Origin: Fluviicola sp.
GTDB lineage: Bacteria; Bacteroidota; Bacteroidia; Flavobacteriales_D; Crocinitomicaceae
NCBI GenBank assembly: GCA_017983675.1
Contig: JAGOAZ010000003.1
Location: 34,719-98,718 of the forward strand
Length of the DNA stretch: 64,000 nucleotides
Direction of reading: 5' to 3'
Part shown: positions 20,532 through 31,700 of the stretch, one piece after another
Position numbering within the stretch: position 1 is the first letter of the stretch
Layout of the letters: every line of letters begins with the position of its first letter
The notes under the pieces: generated by a model
The model's input: only the letters and a program-made list of their open reading frames with translations
Told to the model about the DNA's origin: nothing
Databases searched by the model: none
Position numbers and translations under genes: made by a program

Positions 20532-23500
20532 TTGAAAAGTATTTATTACATATTATTGCTGGTGGTTACATCTGTAGCTTACGGTCAACACCAAGGTGTT
20601 TGGTTGCATCCAAATCGCGGGCAATGGGAGGGTGACTTTTCGCACAAAATTCCCATTCAAAAAGGGAATATTTACATCAACAAAACGAGTATCACTTATC
20701 AGTTTTACGACATTGATTTACACCACAAAGCAGCAACAAGTTATCCCAGTCATGTCGTTCAACAAGTGTTTATCAATGCACAAGGAACTGAAAAAGCAAT
20801 AGAAACAAAACCATCTTCTTTTTACGCCAATTATTTTCTTGGAAACGATGCAAGTAAATGGCGCTCGGATATTCATGCATATCAACAAGTTGAATTACAA
20901 GAACGCTATCCAGGAATTCATTTGCAATTGGAAACAACACAAGAAGCATTGAAATATTCGTGGATTGTTTTGCCTGGCGCTGATGTTAATGCGATAAAGT
21001 GGCGCTACGATGGCGCGAACAATGTGTCTATCTCAAAAAAAGGACAGTTAAAAATCAACCATAGTTTAGGTTACTTTACGGAATCAAAACCAGTTGCTTG
21101 GGTGATTAGAAACGGAAAAAAAAATCCGGTAGCGTGTTCGTTTGTTCAAAAAAACAATGTGTTTTCTTTTGATTTAAAGGGAACGGATTTTGCAAACGAC
21201 ACCTTGATTATTGATCCTTCATTGACGTTCTCCACCTTTACTGGCTCGACAACTGACAACTGGGGTTTTACCGCTGCTCCTGATAATTTGGGCAACTTAT
21301 ATGCTGGTGGTATTTCTTTTGGCATTGGTTATCCAGTTACAGCCGGAGCGTTTGATTTGACATTTAATGGTGGATTTGGCAATTTTCAATTAGATGCATC
21401 GATTAGTAAGTTCAATGCGAATGGGACGAATTTGATTTATTCCACTTATTTAGGTGGAGCAGGGAATGAAACACCGCATTCAATTGTCACTGATGCAGCG
21501 GGTGATTTGTTTATTTTGGGGGTGACTAGTTCTGCCAATTTCCCGCTTTCTGGAACTCCTTTTGATGCAAGTTTTAATGGTGGACCATCTATCTCAGAAA
21601 ACTCGTTAAGCTTTGATGGTGCAGATATTTATATTGCGCGGTTAAATGCTACTGGTACGCAATTGGTTGCATCCACTTATCTTGGAGGAACAGGAACGGA
21701 TGGCATCAATAGTGGGAATTTGCATTATAATTACGGTGATCAATTTAGAGGGGAAATCATTGTCGATCAAAATTCGGTTTACATTTCAAGTGTGACCAAA
21801 TCAACGAATTTCCCCACACAAAATCCAAGTCAAGCTGCTAATGCTGGAGGACAAGATGCTGTTGTTGTGAAGTTGAACAAGACCTTGAATCAGTTAATTT
21901 GGTCGACTTATTTTGGTGGAACGGGCGATGAAACAGGAAATGGGATTCAATTAGCAACAAATGGAAATGTATATGTTGCTGGTGGAACAACAGGTGGCAA
22001 TTTAAATTTTGCCCAATCTGGTCATGATCAAACTTATGATGGTGCTCGTGATGGATATTTGGTGCGGTTCTCAGGAACTACCGGCACACCGCTTTCTGGG
22101 ACTTATATTGGAACAACGGATTATGACCAAGCCTATTTTGTGCAAATTGATAATGACGATGATGTTTATGTTTACGGACAAACAGCTGGGAATTTCCCTA
22201 TAACACAAGGATGTTATGGGAGTGTTGGATCTGGTCAATTTATTGCTAAGTACAACAACAATTTAACAAGTCGTTTGTGGATTACTACAGTAGGTGCCGG
22301 TTCGGGTAATATTGAGCTTTCTCCAACTGCGTTTCTCGTTTCCAATTGTAAGGAAATTTATTTGTCAGGTTGGGGAGGAGACATCAATCAATTTGGACAG
22401 GCAATTAACAGTACAAGTTTTGGTTTACCAGTGACATTTGATGCATACCAAGCAACAACCAATGGCAGTAATTTTTGGATTGCAGTACTGGGGGTTAATG
22501 CTTCATTTTTGAAGTACGCAACTTTTTTTGGCGGAACAAACTCATCCTCCAACCATGTAGATGGTGGAACAAGCCGTTTTGATAAAAACGGAAATATCTA
22601 TCATGCCGTTTGCGGTGCTTGTGGTGGAAATAATTTTGGATTTACCACAACACCTGGCGTTTGGTCGCAACAAAACCCAAGTCCAAACTGTAATTTGGCT
22701 GCTTTCAAATTTGAGTTGAGTTCCATAGAAGCAATTGTCAATGATCCTGCTCCTTTGATTTGCATTCCTGATCCAGTAGTTTTTCAGAATAATAGTGCAA
22801 ATGGGAATAGTTTTTTCTGGGATTTTGGTGATGGAACGACTTCAACATTGATTAATCCTTCTCATGCATATGCAGCAGCTGGGCAATACATAGTTTCACT
22901 TTTGGTTACCGATACGAATAATTGTTACGCGTCTGATTCATTAACTTTCATCGTCAATCTAGGTGATTTTCAAGGAGGTGTTGTTCAGCCCAATATCAAC
23001 GTCTGTTTGGGACAGCCAGCCCAACTAGAAGCTTTTGGCGGGTCAACCTATCTTTGGTCTCCAGCACAATTTTTGTCCAATGCAAGCATTGCGAACCCAA
23101 TTGCAACGGTAACGCAAAACACCAATTTTATATGTATTATCAGTGACAGTTGTGGAATTGATACAGTTAGCGTTCAAGTTCAAATTCTAGGCGGTTCCAT
23201 TCAATTAACAGCCGATACAAGCATTTGTTTGGGGAATTCAGTTCCATTAGCTGTACAAGGAATTGTTACACCTACTTGGTCACCCATACAGTTTTTATCG
23301 AATCCCTTGTCAATCAATCCAATTGCAACACCAACAATGACCACAAGTTATATTGTTTCAGGTAATTCACCTGCTGGCTGTTTCTTGACTGACACAGTAA
23401 CTATACAAGTGTTTAATAATCCACCAATGCCACAAATGCCCGACACGATTCAATATTGTGAAGGAACGGAACAAACTGTCACGGTGAGTGGAGCGCAATT

Positions 23501-24377
23501 GTATTCGTGGGCACCGAATACTGAAATTTCAACCGTAGTTGGACCAACAGTAACCATTTCATCTACTGTTGAGCGTTATTATTACTGCAATTTCACGAAC
23601 TCATGCGGAACGATTCAAGATTCCCTTTTTGTTGATTTGATCCAACCAACAATTACTGCTGGTAATGACACGATTGTTTGTCCAGGTGAACCTGTACTAT
23701 TAGTTGCAGCTGGTGGCGTTTCTTATGTATGGAATCCTGTTGTTCAACCCTTACAAAGCAATGGTTCTATGGCACAAGCGACTCCGTTCGTTCCTACAAA
23801 TTACCAAGTTATCGGGATTGATCAATTTGGTTGTGTTGATTCCGCTACGGTAGCAGTTAATACGTTTCCTCTACCTTTTGTACAAACAACACCCGACGTG
23901 TATGCGATTTATGGCGAGCAAGTACAACTCGGAGCAATTGCGTCAAATCCAGGTATACTGGTTTGGACACCACCGAATTACTTGAGTTGTGATTCGTGTG
24001 CGAACCCAATTGCAAGTCCTTATTTACAAACAACCTATACTGTTACATTAGTTGACCAAAACGGCTGTTCTGCCTCTGACAATGTGACTATTTATTTCGA
24101 TCCGTTAATTTATGTGCCGAATACGTTTACACCTAATGACGATGCAAACAATCGTTTTTTCTTGCCAATTGGGACAAACATTGACGATTTCCGCATAGAT
24201 ATTTATGACCGTTGGGGTGAAATTATTTTTACTGCTGAAAGTTTAGGAATTCCTTGGGATGGAACGTACAAAGGAAAAGTATGTCAAGATGGAGTGTATG
24301 GATGGAAAATCCGTTATTCACCGATAACAACAGCAGAAGTTTTTGAGTTGCTTGGTCACGTTACGTTGTTGCGCTAA
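20532..24377 (+). CDS. Large secreted protein with beta-propeller (SBBP-like) repeats, PKD domain and T9SS type B (gliding-motility-associated) C-terminal domain
   Basis: Signal peptide; IIDP-LTFSTF, STYLGG repeats, WDFGDG PKD, IYVPNTFTPN...IYDRWGEIIF...GHVTLLR; start uncertain (TTG 20487 or 20532). Confidence 0.85.
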   Translation: MKSIYYILLLVVTSVAYGQHQGVWLHPNRGQWEGDFSHKIPIQKGNIYINKTSITYQFYDIDLHHKAATSYPSHVVQQVFINAQGTEKAIETKPSSFYANYFLGNDASKWRSDIHAYQQVELQERYPGIHLQLETTQEALKYSWIVLPGADVNAIKWRYDGANNVSISKKGQLKINHSLGYFTESKPVAWVIRNGKKNPVACSFVQKNNVFSFDLKGTDFANDTLIIDPSLTFSTFTGSTTDNWGFTAAPDNLGNLYAGGISFGIGYPVTAGAFDLTFNGGFGNFQLDASISKFNANGTNLIYSTYLGGAGNETPHSIVTDAAGDLFILGVTSSANFPLSGTPFDASFNGGPSISENSLSFDGADIYIARLNATGTQLVASTYLGGTGTDGINSGNLHYNYGDQFRGEIIVDQNSVYISSVTKSTNFPTQNPSQAANAGGQDAVVVKLNKTLNQLIWSTYFGGTGDETGNGIQLATNGNVYVAGGTTGGNLNFAQSGHDQTYDGARDGYLVRFSGTTGTPLSGTYIGTTDYDQAYFVQIDNDDDVYVYGQTAGNFPITQGCYGSVGSGQFIAKYNNNLTSRLWITTVGAGSGNIELSPTAFLVSNCKEIYLSGWGGDINQFGQAINSTSFGLPVTFDAYQATTNGSNFWIAVLGVNASFLKYATFFGGTNSSSNHVDGGTSRFDKNGNIYHAVCGACGGNNFGFTTTPGVWSQQNPSPNCNLAAFKFELSSIEAIVNDPAPLICIPDPVVFQNNSANGNSFFWDFGDGTTSTLINPSHAYAAAGQYIVSLLVTDTNNCYASDSLTFIVNLGDFQGGVVQPNINVCLGQPAQLEAFGGSTYLWSPAQFLSNASIANPIATVTQNTNFICIISDSCGIDTVSVQVQILGGSIQLTADTSICLGNSVPLAVQGIVTPTWSPIQFLSNPLSINPIATPTMTTSYIVSGNSPAGCFLTDTVTIQVFNNPPMPQMPDTIQYCEGTEQTVTVSGAQLYSWAPNTEISTVVGPTVTISSTVERYYYCNFTNSCGTIQDSLFVDLIQPTITAGNDTIVCPGEPVLLVAAGGVSYVWNPVVQPLQSNGSMAQATPFVPTNYQVIGIDQFGCVDSATVAVNTFPLPFVQTTPDVYAIYGEQVQLGAIASNPGILVWTPPNYLSCDSCANPIASPYLQTTYTVTLVDQNGCSASDNVTIYFDPLIYVPNTFTPNDDANNRFFLPIGTNIDDFRIDIYDRWGEIIFTAESLGIPWDGTYKGKVCQDGVYGWKIRYSPITTAEVFELLGHVTLLR

Positions 24378-25682
24378 TTACAACAATTCGATTTTTACAA
24401 TACCATCGCGGTCAATTTCAAGTAATTTCACGTGTTGAATTGTATTGACCAAAGCAGCATCAAATGGGGTTTTTACTTTCACGTAGTTTTCAGTAAATCC
24501 ATACATGTAACCCATTTCTTCTTCCGCTTCAAACAAAACTGTTCGTGAACTACCAATTTGTTCTTCGTAAAACGCACGTTTCTTTTTGTCTGAAAGGATG
24601 TGCAATTGTTGGCTGCGTTGTTTGCGCACTGCTTGTGGGACTGCATCACCCAATTTTACTGCGGTTGTATTTGCACGTTCTGAATAGGTGAATACGTGCA
24701 AATAGGAGATAGGAAGGTCTTTTAAAAAGTCTATTGTTTCCATGAATTCTTCGTCCGTTTCTCCCGGAAAACCAACAATAACATCAACACCAATACAACA
24801 ATCTGAACGATGTGCTTTGATGGCATGAACACGTTCAGCATACAATTCACGTTCGTATTTTCTGCGCATCGCTTTTAACAAACGATTACTTCCTGATTGC
24901 AGTGGAATATGGAAATGTGGCACAAAACGTTCTGCATGAACTAAGGTGAAATCGATGATTTCATTGCTCAATAAATTTGGTTCAATCGATGAAATTCTGA
25001 AACGATCGATCCCTGTAATCGTGTCCAATTCTTTTACAAGTCCAAAGAAGTTTTCTTCTCCTCCTTGGCCAAAATCACCAATATTAACGCCAGTAAGCAC
25101 TACTTCTTTAACAGCCGTTTCAGCGATTTTTTTCGCTTCAACAATAGTTTCAGCAATTGATGCATTTCTACTTTTTCCTCGTGCTAAAGGAATGGTACAA
25201 AACGTACAGAAATAATCACAACCATCTTGCACTTTTAAAAACGAACGTGTGCGATCTCCCATTGAATGAGAAGGAATAAAATCGTTTGTGTGTTTGATGT
25301 TGTCAAACTTCACGTTTGCTTGCCCTTCTGTTACCGCTTTTTCTTCGAGGTGTTCGATAATATTGAACTTCTCATTTGCACCCAAGACCAATGAAACTCC
25401 TGGAATTGCAGCAATTTCAGTTGGTTTTAATTGTGCATAACAGCCAATTACAGCGATGTAAGTTTCCGGATTAATTTTTAATGCTTTGCGCACCAATTGC
25501 TGGCACTTTTTATCCGCATTTTCTGTAACAGAACAGGTATTGATGACCAGAATATCTGGAGTGTCTTCGAAATTCACTTTTGCAAAACCAGCATTTTCAA
25601 ATAAACGAGAAATGGTCGATGTCTCTGAAAAATTCAGTTTACATCCGAGTGTATAAAAAGCTACTTTTTTAAACTGTTGCAT
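24378..25682 (-). CDS. mtaB: tRNA threonylcarbamoyladenosine 2-methylthiotransferase
   Basis: TLGCKLN, NTCSVT, KVQDGCDYFCTFCTIPLARG radical SAM motif, HIPLQSG; start MQQFKK at 25682. Confidence 0.93.
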   Translation of the reverse strand: MQQFKKVAFYTLGCKLNFSETSTISRLFENAGFAKVNFEDTPDILVINTCSVTENADKKCQQLVRKALKINPETYIAVIGCYAQLKPTEIAAIPGVSLVLGANEKFNIIEHLEEKAVTEGQANVKFDNIKHTNDFIPSHSMGDRTRSFLKVQDGCDYFCTFCTIPLARGKSRNASIAETIVEAKKIAETAVKEVVLTGVNIGDFGQGGEENFFGLVKELDTITGIDRFRISSIEPNLLSNEIIDFTLVHAERFVPHFHIPLQSGSNRLLKAMRRKYERELYAERVHAIKAHRSDCCIGVDVIVGFPGETDEEFMETIDFLKDLPISYLHVFTYSERANTTAVKLGDAVPQAVRKQRSQQLHILSDKKKRAFYEEQIGSSRTVLFEAEEEMGYMYGFTENYVKVKTPFDAALVNTIQHVKLLEIDRDGIVKIELL

Positions 25683-25700
25683 GTGAATGTCGATTCGATT

Positions 25701-25763
25701 TGCAAAGATACGTATTTTAACAACGAGAAAAAGCAAGGTTATTCTTTTGAATTGGTATATTTG
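25701..25763. promoter_or_regulatory. Divergent Bacteroidota housekeeping promoters (-7 TAnnTTTG) for mtaB and cdd
   Basis: TATCTTTGCA on the minus strand (25701-25710) and TATATTTG on the plus strand (25756-25763). Similar boxes lie just upstream of glyQS (10142), the SDR gene (37673), the ABC gene (42874, minus), rbfA (42923) and purK (45654, minus). Confidence 0.65.
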
Positions 25764-25779
25764 TTTTCAATCGGAACAA

Positions 25780-26259
25780 ATGAAGTACACACATCAAGTA
25801 GCATATGAAATTATTGATCATTGGAACGAATTGCCAATGATTGAACAAACCTTGATTGCTGCTGCGTATAAGTGTGCTGAAACTGCTTTTGCTCCATACA
25901 GTAATTTTCATGTTGGGGCGAGCGTCTTATTAGAAGACGGCACGATTCATACAGGAAGTAATCAAGAAAACATTGCTTACCCAAGTGGTATGTGCGCTGA
26001 ACGGGTTGCTTTGTATGCGGTAGGTGCGAATTTCCCAAATAATGCAATTACTACCTTGGTTGTGGTTGCAAAAGGAGATTTGGTGAAACCTGAAGCTATG
26101 ATTTCACCTTGCGGTTCTTGCCGACAAGTGATGGCGCAAAGCGAAGCACGTCAAAACAAACCAATTCGTGTTTTATTGGTTGCGCAAAACAATGCTGTTT
26201 CTATTTTTTACCGTGCTTCGGATTTATTGATTTTCCCTTTCGGGATGAATACTGATTAA
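25780..26259 (+). CDS. cdd: Cytidine deaminase
   Basis: APYSNFHVGA, NQENIAYPSGMCAERVAL, PCGSCRQ Zn motifs; start ATG 25780. Confidence 0.93.
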   Translation: MKYTHQVAYEIIDHWNELPMIEQTLIAAAYKCAETAFAPYSNFHVGASVLLEDGTIHTGSNQENIAYPSGMCAERVALYAVGANFPNNAITTLVVVAKGDLVKPEAMISPCGSCRQVMAQSEARQNKPIRVLLVAQNNAVSIFYRASDLLIFPFGMNTD

Positions 26260-26268
26260 CGATTGACG

Positions 26269-27306
26269 ATGGACGAGTCCAAAAAAGCAGACTGGTTAGC
26301 AAGCCGTAAAAAACAACGCTCCGATCGGAATGCGCCGGAATTGTTTGCACGTATTGTAGCACAAGACAATTCAGCCTTGAGTGCAGCCATTACCTTGTTG
26401 GAAAGTACTTTGCCAGAAGATCAGCAAGCGGCGCGTGAACTAATTCGTTTGTGTTTGCCACATGCGGGGAAGAGTATCCGAATTGGGATAACAGGTGTTC
26501 CTGGTGTTGGAAAAAGCTCCTTTATCGAAGAATTTGGCCAACACATTTTAACCCAACAAAAACGTATCGCGATATTAGCAATTGATCCTTCAAGCGAGCG
26601 CACTGGTGGAAGTATTTTAGGGGATAAAACCCGCATGCAACACTTGTCGGTAGCACCAAATGTATTCATTCGACCTTCGGCTGCAGGAAGCACCTTGGGT
26701 GGCGTTGCTCGAAAAACCAGAGAAACCATTATTTTGTGTGAAGCAGCTGGTTACGATGTTATTTTAATTGAAACAGTAGGAGTAGGGCAATCCGAAACGA
26801 TGGTCCATTCAATGGTCGACTTCTTTTTGTTGTTGTTGTTGGCAGGAGCTGGCGATGAATTACAAGGAATCAAACGTGGCATCATGGAAATGGCCGATGG
26901 CTTAGCAGTAACTAAATCGGATGGCGACAATGTACAACGCACGAAATTGGCTGTTGCAGAATTGAAAAATGCCATTCATTTATTTCCGCCAACTGCGAGT
27001 AATTGGATTCCTCCTGTATTAACGTGTAGTTCGTTGGAGAAAAAGGGTGTTGACACCATCTGGGATGAAATCAATAAATACCAACGTCATACAACAACGA
27101 GTGGATTTTTTCAGCAAAAGCGAACCGAACAAGATCATTTTTGGTTGCACGAAACTTTGAAGGAATTATTGATAGCTGGTTTGACGACGAATCAAAAAGT
27201 ACAAAGTGAATTGCCACAATTGGAAGCGTTGGTGCACGATGGCAAGCTATCTGCTTTTGATGCTGCTGAAAAATTATATGCGTATTACCGCTCAACCATT
27301 CAATAA
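26269..27306 (+). CDS. meaB: Methylmalonyl-CoA mutase-associated GTPase
   Basis: IGITGVPGVGKSSF, AIDPSS, GSILGDKTRM, IETVGVGQSE, LQGIKRGIME. Confidence 0.95.
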   Translation: MDESKKADWLASRKKQRSDRNAPELFARIVAQDNSALSAAITLLESTLPEDQQAARELIRLCLPHAGKSIRIGITGVPGVGKSSFIEEFGQHILTQQKRIAILAIDPSSERTGGSILGDKTRMQHLSVAPNVFIRPSAAGSTLGGVARKTRETIILCEAAGYDVILIETVGVGQSETMVHSMVDFFLLLLLAGAGDELQGIKRGIMEMADGLAVTKSDGDNVQRTKLAVAELKNAIHLFPPTASNWIPPVLTCSSLEKKGVDTIWDEINKYQRHTTTSGFFQQKRTEQDHFWLHETLKELLIAGLTTNQKVQSELPQLEALVHDGKLSAFDAAEKLYAYYRSTIQ

Positions 27307-27324
27307 TCCACTTACTTTTACCAC

Positions 27325-27540
27325 ATGCAAGAAATTGAATTCAAAATCAATGGCGACTACATTGAATTGTTGGCGTTGTTAAAAGCAACAGGAATAGCAG
27401 AAACAGGCGGTCACGCAAAGTTTATTGTCGAAGACGAAGCAATTATTCGCAATGGCGAAATAGAGCTTAGAAAGCGCGCAAAATTGATTCCTGGTGACAT
27501 CATCGAAGTTGGTGATGAGGTCAAAATAGTTTTGTCTTAG
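27325..27540 (+). CDS. S4 domain RNA-binding protein (YbcJ/YaaA-like)
   Basis: YIELLALLKATGIAETGGHAK...RKRAKL. Confidence 0.88.
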   Translation: MQEIEFKINGDYIELLALLKATGIAETGGHAKFIVEDEAIIRNGEIELRKRAKLIPGDIIEVGDEVKIVLS

Positions 27541-27551
27541 TCTTAATTAGG

Positions 27552-28073
27552 TTAAAATAACTGTTGCAGCTCTTTTTTCAAGAAAGCAGTTGCGATTTCA
27601 GTAGGCAATTCCCCAATTTCAGCAGTTAGCTCTAATAATTTTCCAGCAAGATCCGTTCCGGTAGCTGTTGCGTCCGTTTGACTACCAGCAAGGTTGATGA
27701 TTTTAATCGTTTCTTCTTTTGCATTACGCACCAATTCCCAAGCTTGAGGTGATACAAACAATAGTTGGGAGATGTTGTGGTCAAATTCTTCACGAATCGC
27801 TGACAACAATTCCGTTTGAAGCATTTTAGCGGGTTTAGCGGGATTGTGCAAGCGCATCACTAAATTACCTGGATGAATACGATCCATCAACAACACAATG
27901 CGTTGATACGCATCTACACGCATGGGTAGAAAATGTTTTTGACGGTCTTTCTTTAATTGACTTTGCAAATCGATGATTGCTTTTTCTGCATTCTTTTTCA
28001 AGAAAAAATAAGTCAGGATTAACATTCCACTTGTTGGAATGAGGATTACGAGAATCAAAAGTAATTCGTGCAT
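27552..28073 (-). CDS. Conserved hypothetical membrane-anchored protein
   Basis: N-terminal TM; AYQRIVLLMDRIHP...IREEFDHNISQLLFVS; start MHELLL at 28073 avoids overlap with nbaC. Confidence 0.65.
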   Translation of the reverse strand: MHELLLILVILIPTSGMLILTYFFLKKNAEKAIIDLQSQLKKDRQKHFLPMRVDAYQRIVLLMDRIHPGNLVMRLHNPAKPAKMLQTELLSAIREEFDHNISQLLFVSPQAWELVRNAKEETIKIINLAGSQTDATATGTDLAGKLLELTAEIGELPTEIATAFLKKELQQLF

Positions 28074-28081
28074 GATAGTTG

Positions 28082-28606
28082 TTAAATAAATCGTTCGTCC
28101 GCTTCCATTACATGTCCACATTCGGTACACGTACGCATTGCTTCCGAAGTGTAAAATTCTTTGAAGCGTGGTAAGAAATCTTTTTCGATATTGTCTAAAT
28201 CAAAACGGTAATGTTTTAATTCGTGGTTACATTTTTCGCAGAACCAGAATAAGCCATCACGTAAAGTTGTTTCTTTTCGTACACGTTCGATGACTAATCC
28301 AACCGTATTTTCACCTCGGATAGGAGAGTGAGGAACATTTGCTGGTAATAAAAATAGTTCGCCTTCTTTTATTGTAATGTCTTTGGCTTTTCCTTCGTGT
28401 TGAATGCGCACGGTGATATCTCCTTCGATTTGGTAAAAGAGTTCTTCACTTTCGTTGTAGTGGTAATCTTTGCGCGCATTTGGTCCGCCAACAATCATCA
28501 CAATAAAGTCACCTGCTTCTTTGTACAAGTTTTTATTTCCAACGGGTGGTTTCAACAGGTCTCTGTTTTCTTCGATCCATTGGTGTAAATTAAAGGGCAT
28601 CAACAT
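28082..28606 (-). CDS. nbaC: 3-hydroxyanthranilate 3,4-dioxygenase
   Basis: LLKPPVGNK, GGPNARKDYH, EELFYQ, VPHSP cupin motifs plus rubredoxin-like CEKC...CTECG. Confidence 0.95.
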   Translation of the reverse strand: MLMPFNLHQWIEENRDLLKPPVGNKNLYKEAGDFIVMIVGGPNARKDYHYNESEELFYQIEGDITVRIQHEGKAKDITIKEGELFLLPANVPHSPIRGENTVGLVIERVRKETTLRDGLFWFCEKCNHELKHYRFDLDNIEKDFLPRFKEFYTSEAMRTCTECGHVMEADERFI

Positions 28607-28687
28607 ACAGTCATATTTTTTTCAAATGTACCGAATCAAAAAGGTATTTGCAATAGTTTGATCGGTTGAATAAAAGTTCCTAGAAAC

Positions 28688-28722
28688 AAAAAACCCTTCC
28701 ACCGAAGTGAAAGGGTCTTTTT
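28688..28722 (-). terminator. Intrinsic terminator after the giant T9SS gene
   Basis: Imperfect hairpin aaaaaacccttccac-cgaa-gtgaaagggtctttt just downstream of the stop. Confidence 0.6.
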
Positions 28723-28741
28723 GTATGATTATCAGTTATTC

Positions 28742-31700
28742 TTATTGAACAACGATACGGTATACTTTTTTAGCATTTGCATTCGATAATTGAATGAAGT
28801 AAACTCCAGTTTCAACTTTCGATAAGTCGATGCTTGTTGTAGCAGCAGCTGTTACACCGTTGATTGCCTCAGCAATAACACGGCCATTAGCGTCAGTTAC
28901 TTCGTAAGAGAAGTTACCAGCGTTCATTGAAGCAGCAACAAATACAACACCATTTGTAGGGTTAGGGTAAACCTCAACACCAGCAAATGTTTCTTCCGTA
29001 ATATCTAACCAGTTACATGTACCAACTGTGATAACAACGTTAGCTGTATCATCTGGACAAACACCATTTCCTACGATGTAGTCAAAGTTGTAAGCTCCAG
29101 GGAAGTTAGCAGTTGTAACTTGTGATGTAGCTAATGCATTGTTTGAAGGGTCAAACCAGTTACCACCGAAGTCAGCATTTACAGTCAAACCACTCAATAA
29201 ATCAACAGGCTCATTTCTACAAGCAATGATAGTTCCATCTTGTCCTGCATTTGAAGGAGCGAAGATTTTCACTTGAGAGATAATAGAATCGTACGCACAA
29301 CCATCAACAACACGGTATTCGAAGTTGAAAGTTTGGTATGCTAAACCTGTAGATGTAAATAATGAATCGTTGTAAATTGATGCATTAGAAGATGCTAATG
29401 GAGCAGACCAAGATCCACCTAATTCATTATTATTAATTGTAGTGTACAAGTTAATAGTATCTCCGTAACAGATATCAGAAACTGGGTTACTAGCACCTGC
29501 TTCTAAAACGATTTCTGTTATTTTGATAGCATAGTTTCCAGCAGTTGCTGTAAATCCATCATGCATAATGTAGTAAGTGTTACCTGGAGTCAAACCACAA
29601 ACTGTATAGTTTGGAGCTAAACTTGTTCCACCGATTGCATTATCATTAGCTGCTAATAAATCGAAGTTGTTATTAAAGTCAGAACACAATGCTACGTCAT
29701 AAACAGCTGACTGTCCATTGTAGTTAGTACCTGTACTATTAATACGAACTGATCCACTGTTTGGTGCAACGAATTTGAACCAAGTTGTTCCATTTAATGT
29801 TGAATTAATCCAACCATCAGTTGTTTGAGCACCAGTTGCTGGAGGAGCGATGTTGATTTCGTCCAAAGAAACTGTAGCACCTGTGTTATTGAACATGTAG
29901 TTTGTATTCAAACTTAACATTTCAGCACCACAAACTGTATCATTATCAACTGGCATAACTACTGTGAAAGGACCTGCGTATCCAGATGTATCACCTGAGA
30001 AACAAACCGCTTGCACGTATACTTGGTAAACACCACCAGCTAATAAATTCGCATCACTAACAATTAAATCTTCGTTAGGACTTCCAGTTGAATTTTCTGT
30101 ACCTGCATAAACATTGTTACCCATCATAACGTGTGTAACATTGAAATCTACTGCTGGATACAATGTTGTATCAACAGCTGTCCAATCCCAATCTACTGTC
30201 AATGTATCTGTAGATGCAATTGCAGTAATGTTTGTAGGGTATGCACAGTAAGGCAACGTTGTGAAGTTATAGAAGAAACCATCTGAAGTTAAGTTATCAG
30301 TTGTACATTCTGAGTAGATGTAAACATCGTAAGAAGTTAACTGAGTTAAACCTGTGATTAAATCATCAGATGAAGTTAAATTGTTTGTATCAATTGCTTG
30401 ACCTGCTACTGAAGGATCAAATCCTGCAGGACCATAAACAACTGTCCAAGCAGTTTCATTATACAATCCTGGGTTCCAATCTAACGATGCAGTTGTTTGA
30501 TCAACAACAGCAGAGAAGTTAGTTACGTTTGGACACAAAGCAGAGTAGAAGTGAATACAAGAGTTATTTGCAAAATAAGTTGTCGTGTTCATCGAAACGA
30601 ACGCACTACCATTTGGTGTAATCATTGCAACTTCTGCATCAGCTCCGTTGTCATCTGCATTACCCATAGTTAAATCACCGTATAAGTAGTAAACCTCATT
30701 GGTAGCTTCCATAACAACGATCTCAAATGTAGCACCATTTGCAGGTGTTGCAGATCCATAGTTTGCAATATTATTCCAGTGAATAACAAACATTCTATTT
30801 GGAGCAGTTCCAATTGATTGGTAGTAAATACCACCATTCGTAATTGTTGCAAGATCCTGAACAAAAGGGAACAAACCATTACCAGTTGCTGTATATCCAA
30901 CTGCACCAGTTAAGGTATTAAATAACACACCACCATTGTTTCCGATAGTAACTGTATTCACAGTAGTACCACCAATTAACCAAGGCCAAGGTAATGTTAA
31001 ACCAAATTCAGAGTCATCTGTGATTCCTTGAATTTGTGTACCTGTAGATGAGATGTCAATGAAACCAGGTCCACATGAGTTATCCCATGCTAAGAAACCA
31101 GGATCTGTATTGAATGTATACGTTGCACTAGGAATAGCATTATTTCCACAAATTGCAGTAACAGTTACATTGTAGAATGTATTTGCACTTAAGCCTGTGA
31201 AATTGTAATTTGTTACACCAGTTGCTGTATCTGTCATTGGTGTTCCACCTACTGTTGAATAATTAATTACCCAAGACGTTTCATTACCTGTAGTTGACCA
31301 ACTTAAGTCAGCTGTAAAGTAATTCACGTTAGTAGCAATTAAGTTAGCAGGAGGAGCTGGTTGTGTTACTGTAATAACGATAGGTGCACTTTGGTTACCC
31401 AATGCATCTTGCATTACAATTGAATACGTTCCAGCTGTTAAGTTGGTAGGAATCGCATTAAATGTTCCAGCAGTTTGACCTGTAGGTGTTGGAGTAACTT
31501 GGTATGTAAATGGACCAGTACCACAAGCTACAGTTCCTAACGTAAATGAACCATTATCACCACCGTTACAAGTAACGTTTACTGGAGTTAAGACTGCATT
31601 TACAGGAGCAACGTTTACTGTAACTAATGTACGAGCAGCACTTTGACAACCTTCTGACAATGCACCTGCGTAGAATGGATAAGCTCCATTTGTTGTTGTG

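Noticed and set aside
24375-24380. Convergent T9SS cargo gene and mtaB with abutting stop codons and no terminator
   Set aside because: Common in compact genomes; no further signal
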